The position numbers were made by a program, and so were the translations under genes. A stretch of DNA of 64,000 nucleotides from Adineta vaga (taxonomy: Eukaryota; Animalia; Rotifera). The DNA is taken from positions 15,996,001-16,060,000 of the forward strand of contig CP075492.1 of the NCBI GenBank assembly GCA_021613535.1, written 5' to 3'. A model generated the notes under the pieces. The model made no database searches, was not told the origin of the DNA, and saw only the letters and a list, made by a program, of their open reading frames with translations. Every line of letters begins with the position of its first letter. Position 1 is the stretch's first letter. Shown here one piece after another: positions 12,050 through 25,842 of the stretch.

Positions 12050-13350
12050 CTGTGACTTCTCGAAAAATCCAGAAAATAGTAGGTAATCAACTGGCAACTT
12101 GTAACAAACGAAGAATGAAAGCGAATGAGATTTTATTCATGTGATACTTCATCTTCAGCATTGATCAGACGTTGAAAATATTCAAGACAACCATTACTCT
12201 CACATTCAAAACACAATGAAATCAAATGACCATTGAGTAAAAGTTGTAAAATCGATTCAATTTCTTCCTGTTTTGTTTTTGAAAACATATTCTAAATTGT
12301 TGCAGTGGGAATAACATAACAACTAGTTCAAGTTTGTCGAATCGACATACATCCACAGAAGTAAGATTTGTAATGTAATTTGTATTGGATACTGATTGAA
12401 AGAGTTCGTTTTGTTTAATAGAAATCGTATCATTTTTGTAAAGACGCAAATATGAAAATGTTAATATATGAATATTCGGTACGGAAGGTAATAGTATAAA
12501 TAATTTTATCAAAGATAAATCCTGCCAATAAATAACTAAAGTTCTAATTTGTGTCAAAGATAGCATACAATTCAAACTAGTGATAATCGGATTATGATTA
12601 GAAATACAACGACCATCTTCCAGAATAAGTTTTGCAGCATTTGGAAAATAATTCATACATTTACGTATTTCCTTCTCATTTGTCATCAAAACGTGAGTTA
12701 CTGACTTATATCTTTTACTTATTTCGTCGGTTTGATCATCTAGTTTATAATCTTTTCTCCTGAAAAACAAAAGAAATCTATTTAATTTAGTTTGATAAAA
12801 TGAGTTTATCTATATGGATTTGTTGAACAGAAAATCTTCTGATCAAGATAGAATTTTGTATATGATCGATATTCAAAAACCATTGTCGATTATTCCACAA
12901 TGATGGTTTGAAGGAAGGACTTGTTCAGCGGAATTGCCATTATCCACATTGAATAAAACATCGAAAATACGTAAATTTGGTAAATACGATGAAATCACAT
13001 GTTTCCATCGATTCGCATTTATTAATTCTTCATCTGTTGAAATGTGTAAAACTTCTAGTAAAAGGAAAAGGTTTCACAAGATGTTCCAAATGATCCATTT
13101 CTATTGATAAAAACATATTCGATTCTCGAGAATGAGATGTTAAATCGGACTGAATGCATTCGTTGCTATTAGTAATATCTTTCTGATGGAAGGAGCACAT
13201 CCTAATGATAATTTACAATATTTCAATAAAAGTAAACGAAATATTTATTGATAAATCGAATTTTTGTCGTCGACAGATTCCAGAGTTTTGATGGTGAGTG
13301 AAGTGAGATACATCAACGAAGCTAATATAATTATATTTTGATTGTAATGA
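12050..13350 (-). pseudogene. Degraded F-box/LRR-type gene (C-terminal part)
   Basis: Fragments NANRWKHVISSYLPNLRIF, PSLWNNRQWF and YFPNAAKL, broken by stops and frameshifts. Confidence 0.6.
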
Positions 13351-13811
13351 TGAAGCGTTATTTGAGACATTGAGAAGAGATTGCGTTTGAGAGAATAAGT
13401 TGACTACTTAAGAATAATTCGAAAACGATAGTTAAGATTGAAAAAACGCTTACCAAATATTAGAAACGTTTTTTCTTTATTCACCAATCTGTGTTCATTG
13501 ATCGTTTGTATCCTTGAAAATTATCAAAACTATAACTTCGTTGACGTTTAATTTGTCCCATACGAAAATCTATCGTATGTGTGCACTTCTGTTATAGTAT
13601 AGAATTTTGAAAAAAGAAAAAAACATCCAATATTTGACTTATGTGAAATGACAAAACACGTGCAAATAAAATGAATAGAACGTAAGAGAAAAAGTTCCTA
13701 TTTGATACTGTCAATGATGACTCACTGAAACAAAAGAAAGACCTTGAAGATGAGCGGGTAATATTTGTAACTCATATTCGCGCAAAACGATAATATCGTT
13801 GAAGTAATTTT

Positions 13812-14036
13812 TTATTTAAGTCTGAATTTTAGTACTCGATTATTGTTACGATCAACAACATACACTGTTTGATCATTATCTACATATAACCCATGAGTGA
13901 AATTGAGTTCATTGGTTTCAATAGTTTCTCTATTTTCTCCAGCAGCAATGTGATCACTTGGAATCCATTTGGCATTAACAGGAATATCAATAGCACGTGC
14001 TCGCAATATGGATATACTAACAAACAGAAGAGACAA
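13812..14036 (-). pseudogene. Truncated NHL-repeat protein fragment
   Basis: IPVNAKW...AAGEN...NELNFTHGLYVDNDQTVYVVDRNNNRV is a single NHL repeat followed by a stop. Confidence 0.65.
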
Positions 14037-14601
14037 ATCAATGTTGTGTTATATAAATCTATAGTGACAACATAATATCAAGATCACAAATCATACCTTT
14101 GAAAGACTCTTCGAACAAAACATCACCAGATTGTATTTGTTCAAGATCTATAATAGAAAACTCTTGATTGCTTTCACATTTTCACTAATTCTTTTGTCAT
14201 TAGAATAACGTTCGTTCCTCTTTTAAACTGAAAAAGATTTTCGATTTCAAAACAAATATATCTTCCGTAATCTAGAAAAGCTCCTCTATGTGTAAGTTTT
14301 TCTAGTTTTGTATTCTTTGCCAATATTAAGCGAAACGCCTCACTATATTTTCATCAAACATGATGGTGAGTTGATTGATATCCTTTGATCGATTCAAATT
14401 CTGTGCACATCTCTTCACTTAGATCAATAAAAGGATCAATATCATCGACACTCCTATCTGTTTCCATTTAAGTTCATTGTGAGTATAAGATGAAATAAAA
14501 TTTTCTCAATAATCAAAATATCTTTCGGATTTTTCTTGTTTTACGCAAAAACTTATGGAATAGAATGATAATATAAACACATTCTCTTCTTTTGTCGATG
14601 G

Positions 14602-15705
14602 TTAAGTTTTGTTCCAAAAATTTGGTTCATCTTTTATGACTTTAATTGGATCACCAACACGAATAATTCCTAAAATGTTATTGTATTCATCAGTTGGTGC
14701 CAAATCAATGCCAAACAATGCTTTATCACGATATGTATCTGGTTTAAGACGATAACTAAATGAAATTATGTTTATCAATAATGTGATATGATAAGATTTT
14801 ACCTTTGTAATGTTTTCCATGGTTCTAGATCAGGATCCTTAATACCTGTCGTAGGATCCACTGTTGGTAAGAGACATCTTATCAATAAAATAAGATTTTC
14901 GTTTTTGATAAAATTATTACAAAGAAACTTACCTTATACCAGCTGCAATCCAAGTAAATTTGATTGGACCAATTTGAACTTCTCGCCAACAATCCTATAG
15001 AAATCAAAATAAATAATTCTATTCGTTTTATACCATAAAATTTAGTCATTTACTTCGGCATAAGGTTGATTAACATTTTCGACAATAATATTTGGTCGAA
15101 AATTGTAAACTTGAATCGTTTTCTTTAATCGTGTATTAAGATCAGCAACTGATGCCAAAGAACATAAATGTATGGGACTCATATCATGATAAACGATTGT
15201 ATCACCATCACGAGCAACATTTGGTGCTTCACAATTTTTAACCAAACGACCTTGAAATTTTTCATCATCAAATACAACCAAATCAATTTCATCATCTGTT
15301 TCGAAAAATGTTCGAAGCCAATGAGAGACCTTATTATCATAGCGTAGACCCATAATGGGTTGATCCCAACAGCTATAGAAATAAGTTGTTTTTATTTTTT
15401 CAAGGTTAAGATACTTACAAACATTGTATTTCTTCTTTTGGTAATGATTTAATTGAAATACATAAATTGGACATGTTTGGAGCTTGAAGACATAAATCAT
15501 CTTCGATAAGTGAAACTTGAATCAATGCCATACGGGGTAAAACTCGTTGAGATAGATGTCGACCATTTTTTACTATCATCCATCGTCTATCAAATATTCG
15601 AGGATTTGATAGAAGAGCTAAACCATATTTTGTTACAAGTGCTTCTTGTATTTTAATACCACGACATGATTTTATTGGATAAATAATTAATTCTTTCACA
15701 TGCAT
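14602..15705 (-). CDS. MOSC-domain molybdoenzyme (mARC-like)
   Basis: Five exons; IYPIKSC, DRRWMI, FRPNI, AED.W, RC..PTVDP.TG, EP..TL..YR, FG motifs; Mo-ligating Cys retained in RC. Confidence 0.9.
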
Positions 15706-16596
15706 TATTTTAGTATCAATAACAGAGAAGAGAAATGTATGTGTTTATTAACAGAATAAGATGAAATAGAACGACTGTTTGGTTGACATTTAACAAAGAG
15801 AAATAAATCTTTGCTCTATTTTTTTTCTTTTCTTATCTTATTCTTTTTTTTATCAATTGTATAATCTATTTTTCTTTTCAATAAATTATAAATATATTTT
15901 TGCATTTAATCTCTATTTTGAATTTTCTTTCTTTTTGTGGATTGTATCTCTTCTCTTATGTCATGCTCTTGTTTTTGTTTTTTCTCTTTTTCCCCAGTGT
16001 CTTTTATTATCTTCTATTTAGGAGTTTTGTTCATGTCTTACATGAAGAATTGATTAATTTTCTGAAGAATAATAGAAGAGACATCTGCCTGCACCCAATA
16101 ATTTTTATTAAAAACTAATAATAGTAATCGTCATGTATATCTTTGTGTATTTGAGAGAAGAGACTCATGAAAATGGTGATTATATGATGAAATGTGTTGA
16201 TAATAAAGTATATTTTACAGAACTATTTTACCCAAAATCATGATTAAATAATCTTGAAGGTGAAAGCATGGAACTGAGTCTTTTCAACGCTCAAACTTAC
16301 ACTATCAAAATGGTAATTGAACATTTAAAGAGAGTTAAAATGTCGATGTAAAAGGAAGTAAAATAATCATGATATTGCACTCACTACATATCGAGAAGTA
16401 GATATTTACTCAATTTTTAGTTGTTTCTGTCGATCAATTTCAGGAACGGATGTAAGATAATAGTTTGAAAAAAAACTGTTTTGTCCATTTTTTTACCTCG
16501 TAGATATTGACGATAGCAACTGTCGAAATATTTTATTCTATATTAGAAAAAGTAAAATATAACTGACGACTCCGCATTGGAAAGAAACATCAAACC

Positions 16597-19500
16597 ATGA
16601 GACTATTATCACTGATGATATCTTGGTGTTTTATGATCATTGAGCCTTCAAATGGTTCGTCCCATCGAATGTACAATACGGCTGAATTGTTCCAACGTTC
16701 TGATACGTTTGATTGCATGGAAGAACTAGAATTAAGAAGATTTATGTCAACCAAGCCCGATCTCAGTTTAGAAGTAGCATCTTATCATTATTGTCGTCGT
16801 TTATCGGCACCATTTGACGATTACGTTCAAGTACCACTCAACATCACGAACATAGAATTGAAAGGTCATCAAGTCATTTCTTTTCAGCATCTTCGTCAGT
16901 TGAATGTCGAGATTGATCAACTAATGAAATGGTATGCACCTATAGACATCGTAGAAGATTATGCTTTAGGACAAACGGAAGGATGGCTCGTTAATTGTTC
17001 TGATCTATGGTTTGGTCCTCGATGTCAATATACGTTCAATGATGATATAACCTTTTATCATATAGTACAGGACCGCTTTCGGATGAAAAAACGTACAGGA
17101 GATATACTAACAATTACAAATGGTTCGTGCTATGTACTCAATGAATGCAAATCGATAATATGTCTTGACTGGCGTGAGATATGTGATGGTGAGTAAGAAA
17201 CATTTTGATATACGATCATATTTTCTCTCTTTTCTTTTCTCAGGTAAATGGGATTGTACAAATGGCGTAGATGAACGTGATTGTTATGTATTGGAAATAA
17301 ATCAATGTGATAATTCGAGTGAATTTCGCTGTTCAGACGGACTTTGTATCCCCAAAGAAATGTATTTAGATGAAATATCCGATTGTATGGATCAATCAGA
17401 CGAAATAATCAATAAATATACAAAGGTCAATTGTTTTGCTGAAGTATTAGATAAAGAATGCGAAGATTATCGATGTTTCAAAATGGATTTTTCATGTGGT
17501 GATGGTCATTGTATTAATATTAATGATGATGATAATGATGATGATAAAGTATGTCGTAGTCAGCGAGACCGATTCTATTTATCTCAAGTTAAATTACAAC
17601 TGGCTATGGGTAATCCGATATTTTTTGGACATGTAACATTGGAGCAAAGAAATAATAATTCAACAATGTATTTATGTTATAATACTTCACTTTGTCCAAA
17701 TCTATTGAACATAACAGCCAATGTTACATCATCAAGAACATGTGTCACATTGATTAGTTTAACAAAAAAATCGACATATAATAATTCTGATGAAATGTTA
17801 ATTGATATTCAACATCATATGATACATTCTTGTTCATTATCCGTATTTCCATTCTCGATCGAATGTAATCTAACAAACAATCTGTTTCGATGTCGCGATG
17901 GACGATGTATATCAACTCATCGTCTTCATGACGGTCACAATGATTGTACGCATGGTGAAGATGAACAGTCGATGGATGTCTGTTCATTGCAGTTGCCTTA
18001 TCGATTTAAATGCGATAATGATCGACGATGTATTTCGCAATACCTTCTCATTGATTATTATGTATGTACAGTACGAGAGTGTTTCATTTTTTAAAATGTT
18101 TTCTAATTTTTAGAGACATTGTGATGATGGAAGTGATGAAATTATACCGAAGATGCTATTTAAATTTCCACATTTAGAACACTATCGAATGTTTCTTGAG
18201 TTAACACCTCGATTCGACGTAGATTTTCACGAATTATGTAATGGTATCATTGAACGTATGATGAATTCTGACACAGATGAAACAGATTGTTCACCGGATG
18301 ATTGGCCATGTCGAAGATCGTCAACAATTCATGATCGTGTGTGGAATTGTCCTGATGGACGTGATGAATTGAGTTCAAGAAAATATCCACGAACATTATC
18401 ATCTATTCATTGTTTAGAACAGCAATATTTCTGTTTGAATATAACAAATGGTAAATCCATGTGTTTGTCACTATCACGTGCTGGTGATGGGCATATCGAT
18501 TGTTTGGGTTCAACTGATGAACGAGACTTCTGTCGCCGAGCTTATCCAAATAGTAGAGTAAATCGATATCGATGTTTCAATAGCAATGTATGTATTTCAC
18601 CTTATCAACTTTGTGATTGTAAACAAGATTGCGAATATAATGATGATGAAACATTAGCTTGTGATTGGCTCAACCAAGGACAAGAACCGATCTGTAGTCA
18701 AAAATTCTTTCGTTGTAACAATAAAATAGTAGACAATCAACCATATATTCGATGTAACGGTGATCTTAATTGTGACAATGGTGAGGATGAACTTTTTTGT
18801 GATCTTATTGACTGGCTTTTGTTAGAACATTCTACAAAAGAAGATGAAAACAAACAGCGTCAGTTAATAATCCATCCACAACCCTCAAGAAACGATAGCG
18901 ATATTATTGCATGGTATTGTAATCGAGGTGTCTATGTTCATTCTTCAGATACATTACTTCATGGTCAACTAAAATATTGTTTCTGTCCACCAAGTTATTA
19001 TGGTGATCGATGTCAATTTCAACGAAAACGACTTTCGTTAATTCTTCAACCAGAAATTGCTGGTATATTTCGCGATGATGATCTCTTGTTTCATGGATCT
19101 TCGTTGATGTTTACAATCATTGTTCTATTTGTCGACAATAAACATGGAATAATTGTAGATCATAATCGTATGAATTATTTAGTTGGTCTCTATTGTTTAC
19201 CTAAATATGAAGTTATCTTTCGCTATCCAATTACTACAAACAATAGCAATGACAATTTAAATCATTCCATACATATTTATACATTTCAATCCGAAGGTTT
19301 AACATTATATGGATATTGGAAATTGGATAACGTTCCGTTTGCCTTTCTACCTGTAAATCGTATTGCCAAACGATTGAATATAAATCGTTTTCCTCTTGAT
19401 TCGCAACATTCAATTCCTTTCTTATCGAATATTAATAATTGTACGTGTTCAAACAAATCAATCTGTCTTATGGATAATGATGGTAATCATGTTTGTGTAT

Positions 19501-21356
19501 GTCCACTTGGTTACATAGGTCGTCGATGCGTAATTCCGCATAATCCATGTATAAAGTCAAACGGTATTATAAATAACTGTCATGGTCATGGCCAATGTCT
19601 GCTGTACGACGAAAGACTTGTTTGGGGAGATTCTGTTTGCGTATGCGATGTCGGTTGGACAGGTGATGGCTGTCAAGTTCCACCTAATCATATGAATATA
19701 ACATTTGATATTCGTATACCTATGCCGTCGTTATCAACTGTTTTTATTCATATGCTAAGCTTCCATAACACGCACGAACCACAACCATATACATTTTTAC
19801 AAAAAGTTTCGCAAGACAATACAGGTTCTATTAGTAAATTAATATTTAATTACTCACAAAATAATAAATTCATTGATGAAATTTATATTCAACTTTATGA
19901 ACATCGAAATCATTTTGATCTTTATTTGCTAACTAAACTACCCAAATATACTACATCACTAGTAGGAATCGAGTTACACGTAAGCTCTAGCTTTTCTTTA
20001 TCTCAATGGAATCGAATACGACTGTTTCTTTTATAGGTCAATCTATCCAATCGATGTCGACCAATTCGTGATTTATTCAATAATTCTATGGCTAATGCAC
20101 CACTTTTAAAACGTGTTAAATACTTTCATCAACCGTGCAAAGAACGACAAGGAACACTTACATGTTTCTATGATAATAAACTTATATGTCAATGTGACAA
20201 AAACCATAATGCTGTTTGCTTTAATTTCGAAACAAGTTGGTCATCATATGGATGCAGTGAGCAAATGTGTAATAATCGTGGGATTTGTGTTCAAGATCAG
20301 CCTGATTGTCCGACACGTTCTGTATGCATATGTAATGCATGTACAGATGGTATTAAATGTGAATTCGATACAAGTGGTTATTCTCTCTCACTCGATGCCA
20401 TTATCGGATCAAATTATCATCATTCAACTATTATTCGTACAAGTATTGGCTTATTTAGTCTACTGATTACTGGTGGATGTCTTGTCAATTTTCTTGCTAT
20501 TGGTACATTCTTTCAAAATACGGTACGAAGTACAGCTAGTGGGCTTTATCTCCTTATATCATCGCTCATTGGTTTGTTGACTATGCTGGTACTTACCACT
20601 AAAGTAACTCTACTTTTGAGTACTTCAATTGGTCACATGCATACACATATCAGTTGTGCTTTGATTGAATTTTTTCTCAAATGGTGCTTAGCAACTAATG
20701 AATGGCTGGATGTATGTGTGGCCATCGAACGTGCATTTACTATTATAAAAGGTACATCATTCAGTATTAGTCAAAGCAAACGAATTGCTAAATGGGTTAT
20801 ACTAGCTGTTTTCATTCTACTTGGTTGTCTGTCATCAGTGGAACTTGTTTTTCGTCGTGCATTGATTGACACACAAGATGGTCGTGTTTGGTGTGTTATG
20901 ACACTCAATCGAGATCGACATACTGTCGGACATATTTTCTATGCAATCTACAATGTTCTTCTCATTGTTTTACCATTGATCATTAATTTGGCTGGTGCAA
21001 TTGTGATTATACGAGGTACTATACGTTCAAAACAGAAAACAAAGAAAGAAAAAGATACACGTCTCAAAGTGATTGTCAAAGAAGAAATTATAAAACATAA
21101 ACACATATTAATTGGACCATTTGTTCTCGGTCTTCTTGCTATTCCTCGTCTTGTATTTAGTTTTATCTTTGTTTGTACTAAAATGGATCGGCGTCCATTT
21201 CTCAATTTAACTGCATATCTTCTTAGCTTTTTACCAGCAATTGCTAATCTCTTTGTTTTTATTTTACCATCGACGATATATAGTACAGCTTTGCGTGTTT
21301 TTATCAAACAATGTCTCTCTTATCTCTCTACTATTTTTTGTTATCAACGGGCTTAA
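16597..21356 (+). CDS. Large LDL-receptor class A repeat / EGF / rhodopsin-like GPCR
   Basis: Exons 16597-17188, 17244-18061, 18114-19979, 20037-21356. Signal peptide, many DC.DG.DE LDLa repeats, C.CP..Y.G.RC EGF repeats, 7TM with VAIERA. Confidence 0.9.
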
Positions 21357-22577
21357 TATATATTCAGCAAAGTAATTGCGATCTTATTACATGTGAAATA
21401 TATCGATGTTGAATACGAAATCATATTCGTTTCTGCAAGTGTGTTCATAGTAATCATATGTAAGCAAAAGAGATTGTTATGTTCAGAAAGTAGAAAAAAC
21501 GTTTCTGAACAGTTATGGTCTTGAGCAGTTTAAGATCTATATTTTGATGTTGTAGGAAAATGTTGATTAGAGGCAGGGTAGTGATATTCGTCGCGGTTGT
21601 AGCCGTGGTCGATGGCTTTGGTAGATTCTTATATCTCTCCACAAAAGCTTTGATTTCTTTTTTGCTTCCTCGTTTCCCATACCAAGGCAACAAATCCATG
21701 TCAATTTCCTACGTTGATCTTCAGATGATCATATTTTAGATATTTCTGTTGCTTGAAATGTGACTTGCGCTTCGTCTCAAGGTTATAAACAAAACCATCA
21801 TGATATCGTCTATATACGATGGCCGACATTTTGGACAGATCTTTTCCTTTTCATCATTTTCAAGTGCTTTTTTCTTATGTTCTTCTTCTTCTTTCAATTG
21901 CTCATCACTTTTCTTAAAATCAAGATCCTCAATCATACGATTAAGTAAAAATAAATGTTTGTCAATCATTCCACACCTTTTTTCTTTCGCAACAAACTGG
22001 TTCTATAAGGTTAAAATATCTTAATCAAATTACGCACTACTATTATCCGGTTTCTTCTCAACAAATGCTCGTTTACATTTGTCACGAATGAAGTAAAACT
22101 ATACTAAATTATTATGATTTGGAATTGTTCAAGTTGTTTAGGTATTTTATAATATAAAAACTTGATAAAATATAATTTAAAAAAGTAGTTCGATTGGAAG
22201 GAAATAATCAACAAAATCGATCTTTCGTAAGTGCCGTGTATATTGTTATAAAAAGAAGAACACTCGTGGGCGACAGAATATCCATAATAAAATATCACGT
22301 TTAAGACTTGAATATTTGGTGTCATTAATTCTACCGCATTCTACTATCTATCATTGATTTACTTTATTTATCAATGTATCTAAATTGAGTATAATCCTAA
22401 ATCGATTTTTCTTGTATATAGTGTTATTGATACTCGATCGTCATTCATAATAGAACCATAACTGTTCTTGTTATTCTTATATTATTATTGATTGAAATAA
22501 AGTACATTAATATATTTGTGGTAAAATTGTTCGAAAAGTTATGTATATTTGTAAATCATATCAATGTTTCTAATCCA

Positions 22578-23927
22578 CTACTTCGTATAAGATTTCTCAG
22601 TACTGGATAACTGTTTGTTGATTAATCGTTCAAATGGTTTTTCAATAAAAATTAACCAGATCGTCGATATAATCAGACTGATTGCTAATACGATTGCTAA
22701 ACATATAAGTGTTAAACCATCGATTGAAAAACGTTTGGGATCGAATTTATGGCTATAAGACATTATCAATTCGAGTGCAATTCGAAAATGAAGTACATAT
22801 ATTAGATAACTCAATTTAGCAATCGGCGTCCAAATGGAAAAGGATAAAAATGATTTAATCCATGAACTATGATAGGGATGTGTGGGTGGACAAATTGCTG
22901 AAAAGAGAATAAATGCTTGTGATATAGAAAATATTTGTCGAATAATGGAAAGTATGATCGTCAGTGTTATGTTATTAACTGTATTTGGTTCAGCTGGTAT
23001 TGTTAATAGAGTTATGAATAGTAATATTAATACAAAATAAATATATTTCTTTATCTTTCCATAAGGAACAATAGTCGTCTTTTTAATATTGATTATATTG
23101 AATGCAAGAATTGATCCGATTATAAAACTTGAATATCGACTGGATATGGGAAAATACATCATTTCTAAGTACGGTTTTATCGGATTTGGTTCGAGTGGTT
23201 TATCGAATCCCATCGTAACATTATATTCAATTTTAATCCAGTTAAAAATGCGTGGCGACATTAACAGTGCAATAGAGTTATAATGATACCAAAGCGTCGG
23301 CACATTCATAGTTTTCGGATTAAAAACAAGCACTGAATAGGCAACCGATAGAATAACCAGTGTATATAACAGAATATATGTTCGTTGACAATTCGCTTTG
23401 AAGTTGATGATTATGTACAGAATAAGCGGTAGTAGTATATGCATTTGCATATCAAGACTGATACTCCAGAGTGCAGCAAAGCCGGCTGTCCATTGTTCCA
23501 TACTAACATAATTTTGATAAAATAACCAGAGACTTGTCCAGTTGCCTTCAGGTTCACCTAATATCAACATCACTATAGTGGTTAATAAAATTCCTGGCCA
23601 AAATCGACAAGCACGTTTCAGTATATATAAAGGATATGCTTTCCATGAGAAAGAATATCCATACTTCATGAATTTAAGTGTAAGAAGAAAACCAGAGAGC
23701 ATAAAGAATGTTTCTAATGCTAATGACAATAGGGATGAAAATCTGTATGAATAACTGTTTAGATAAATCATCCATTGTATATGTGGATAAGATGGAATAA
23801 ATGCATTTAATAAAGTAATAATATGAAGGGAAATAATCATCAAACAAGAGATCGATCGCATTCCATCGATCGGAGCATATTTTTGTTGTTGAAACAATGA
23901 ATAAAAATCTTTTTCTAGTTGCCACAT
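22578..23927 (-). CDS. Acyltransferase family 3 (OafA/NRF-6-like) membrane O-acyltransferase, intronless
   Basis: IDGMR, FFMLSGFL, KR..R.WP, WSISLDMQ, SY..Y..H and IEKPF motifs. Confidence 0.9.
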   Translation of the reverse strand: MWQLEKDFYSLFQQQKYAPIDGMRSISCLMIISLHIITLLNAFIPSYPHIQWMIYLNSYSYRFSSLLSLALETFFMLSGFLLTLKFMKYGYSFSWKAYPLYILKRACRFWPGILLTTIVMLILGEPEGNWTSLWLFYQNYVSMEQWTAGFAALWSISLDMQMHILLPLILYIIINFKANCQRTYILLYTLVILSVAYSVLVFNPKTMNVPTLWYHYNSIALLMSPRIFNWIKIEYNVTMGFDKPLEPNPIKPYLEMMYFPISSRYSSFIIGSILAFNIINIKKTTIVPYGKIKKYIYFVLILLFITLLTIPAEPNTVNNITLTIILSIIRQIFSISQAFILFSAICPPTHPYHSSWIKSFLSFSIWTPIAKLSYLIYVLHFRIALELIMSYSHKFDPKRFSIDGLTLICLAIVLAISLIISTIWLIFIEKPFERLINKQLSSTEKSYTK

Positions 23928-24667
23928 GACGTCTTTTACAAAGAAGAAAACGATGTGTGCGTAATACCAAATGTGTAGTATCGTCTCGATTTATCAAAGA
24001 AAAAACAGGAATGACTAAGATAAGAGAAAAAAAAGAAAATAAACACGAAACATCCATTACTATCCGACCTAACAGAATCGAACAAACTGTCGTGGGTATG
24101 GGTATGGGTATGGAAAAAGAGAGAGTAATCACATCCACACCCTCAACAAGTCCACCATGCGTAATTATATTATGTCTGAGAAAAATGAAAAATTAATAAA
24201 TAGAAGAAATTAATCGAAATCATTTATCTTTTATTCTCTCTCATTTTCCAATCGTCATTTCTCTATATTTCATTCTATCGTATCAATTATACGAGAACAT
24301 GAATACTTATCACACATCTATTGACAGTTGCTTATATACCTTATGTCCGTAAGTATCACGTAATTTTAGCAATGTAAGTTTTTAGTAAAGAAAGTTTGAT
24401 AGAAAGATTTTCATCGCTATATCATAAACTGCCATTTTATACTCTATTCTTTCACCATACAATTCTTTGATGAAATAACCAAATCAGTTTTCACATGCAC
24501 ACTCTCTATTAAACGTAATAAAAGTTGTATGAGAAAACTTTAAGAGAAAAGATGATCAACAAGCAATAAATAAGGATTATTTTATTTTTCTTTTATATAT
24601 CCAGACAACAAATATGCATCTTCTAGTCAAAACATTTAGTGTAATAAATTCCAGCATATTGAATAAT

Positions 24668-25842
24668 CTACTCAACAATAATGTCTGTTTGCCAAATGAT
24701 CTCTTCATCGTTATTGATCCATACTAAATTGCCTGAATCTAGTAATTTTAGACAGAATGGACCCCCTTCACCTCCATTATAACCACCAGCTCCCCACAAA
24801 GCTTCACCATTTCCATAAACTATCAAATTACGGTCTCTTTGTAGTTTTAGCTCGGCTCCAGGTCGAGATTTTTGATCTGCAAGCCAAATTGCAGATGAAG
24901 TTACGTTGCCATAACCATACGCTTTATAGATGCCAAATTGACCATTTAATAAACCAGCTGCGTATCTTTGTCAGGTGGGCGAATAGAGAAACTCATTGTC
25001 AAAAAAACTTCTACTGTCATCACCTGTACAAGCAGTTGATATGGGATCTGAAATTAAAGAAAGAGCGAATCATGAGATCACTATTTCTATAAAACTTCAT
25101 TCAACAACTTGTATTGATTTAACGAAGAAACGGCATATTCACTAGAATATATCTCCTTAATTTCTACAATAGCTGTTACTTCGATCGAGATACTTAATTA
25201 AAATTATACGTAATTCATTTCGTACAATTCCATAATACATAAGAGATTTTTCGGTATTTTATTTCTCCTTCTATAAAACCATACCTGATGTATTTGTTGT
25301 GAATATGGTTGTTACTACTGTACTTAATATGATCGTAGCTTCTGTTGTTATTGCTTGAGACACAATTTTCGTTGTTAATGCTTGAGAGGCAGTTTTTGTT
25401 GTTGTGGCTTGAGAGACAGTTTTCGTTGTTATTGATTGAGAGACAGTTTCCGCTGTCATTGATGATGCAGTCGATGTGATTGATGTTTTTGTTGTTGAAT
25501 TATTCATTGTATCTGTCTTTTCTCCTAATAAAATTGTTGTCGAAACAACAATAACCACTATGATTAAAAGAATTGCCACTATGAAACATACAACCTTCAA
25601 CATTCGTTTTCGCTTAACTTCAACTCTGAAATAAAAAACAAATCTGTTTCTGATATTTTCTCCAATTTCGAAAAGCAATATACAATGCTGATGTTTGATC
25701 AACTGTATGATTGTCACTTGTATGAAACTTTAAAATAATAAAAGATAACAAAAGAAAAGAAAAGTTATTTCATTCTAGTTTCTAAAAACATTACATTATT
25801 AACATTTGCATTATCAGTATTTGTCGATGAACTTTCATTCAT
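24668..25842 (-). pseudogene. Bulb-type lectin membrane protein, left copy, premature stop
   Basis: Same four exons as the right copy; TGA at 24973-24971 where the right copy has TCA (SPT*QRY vs SPTSQRY). Confidence 0.85.

Noticed and set aside
21454-22024. Short ORFs downstream of the LDLa-GPCR
   Set aside because: No recognisable motif or consistent splice structure.
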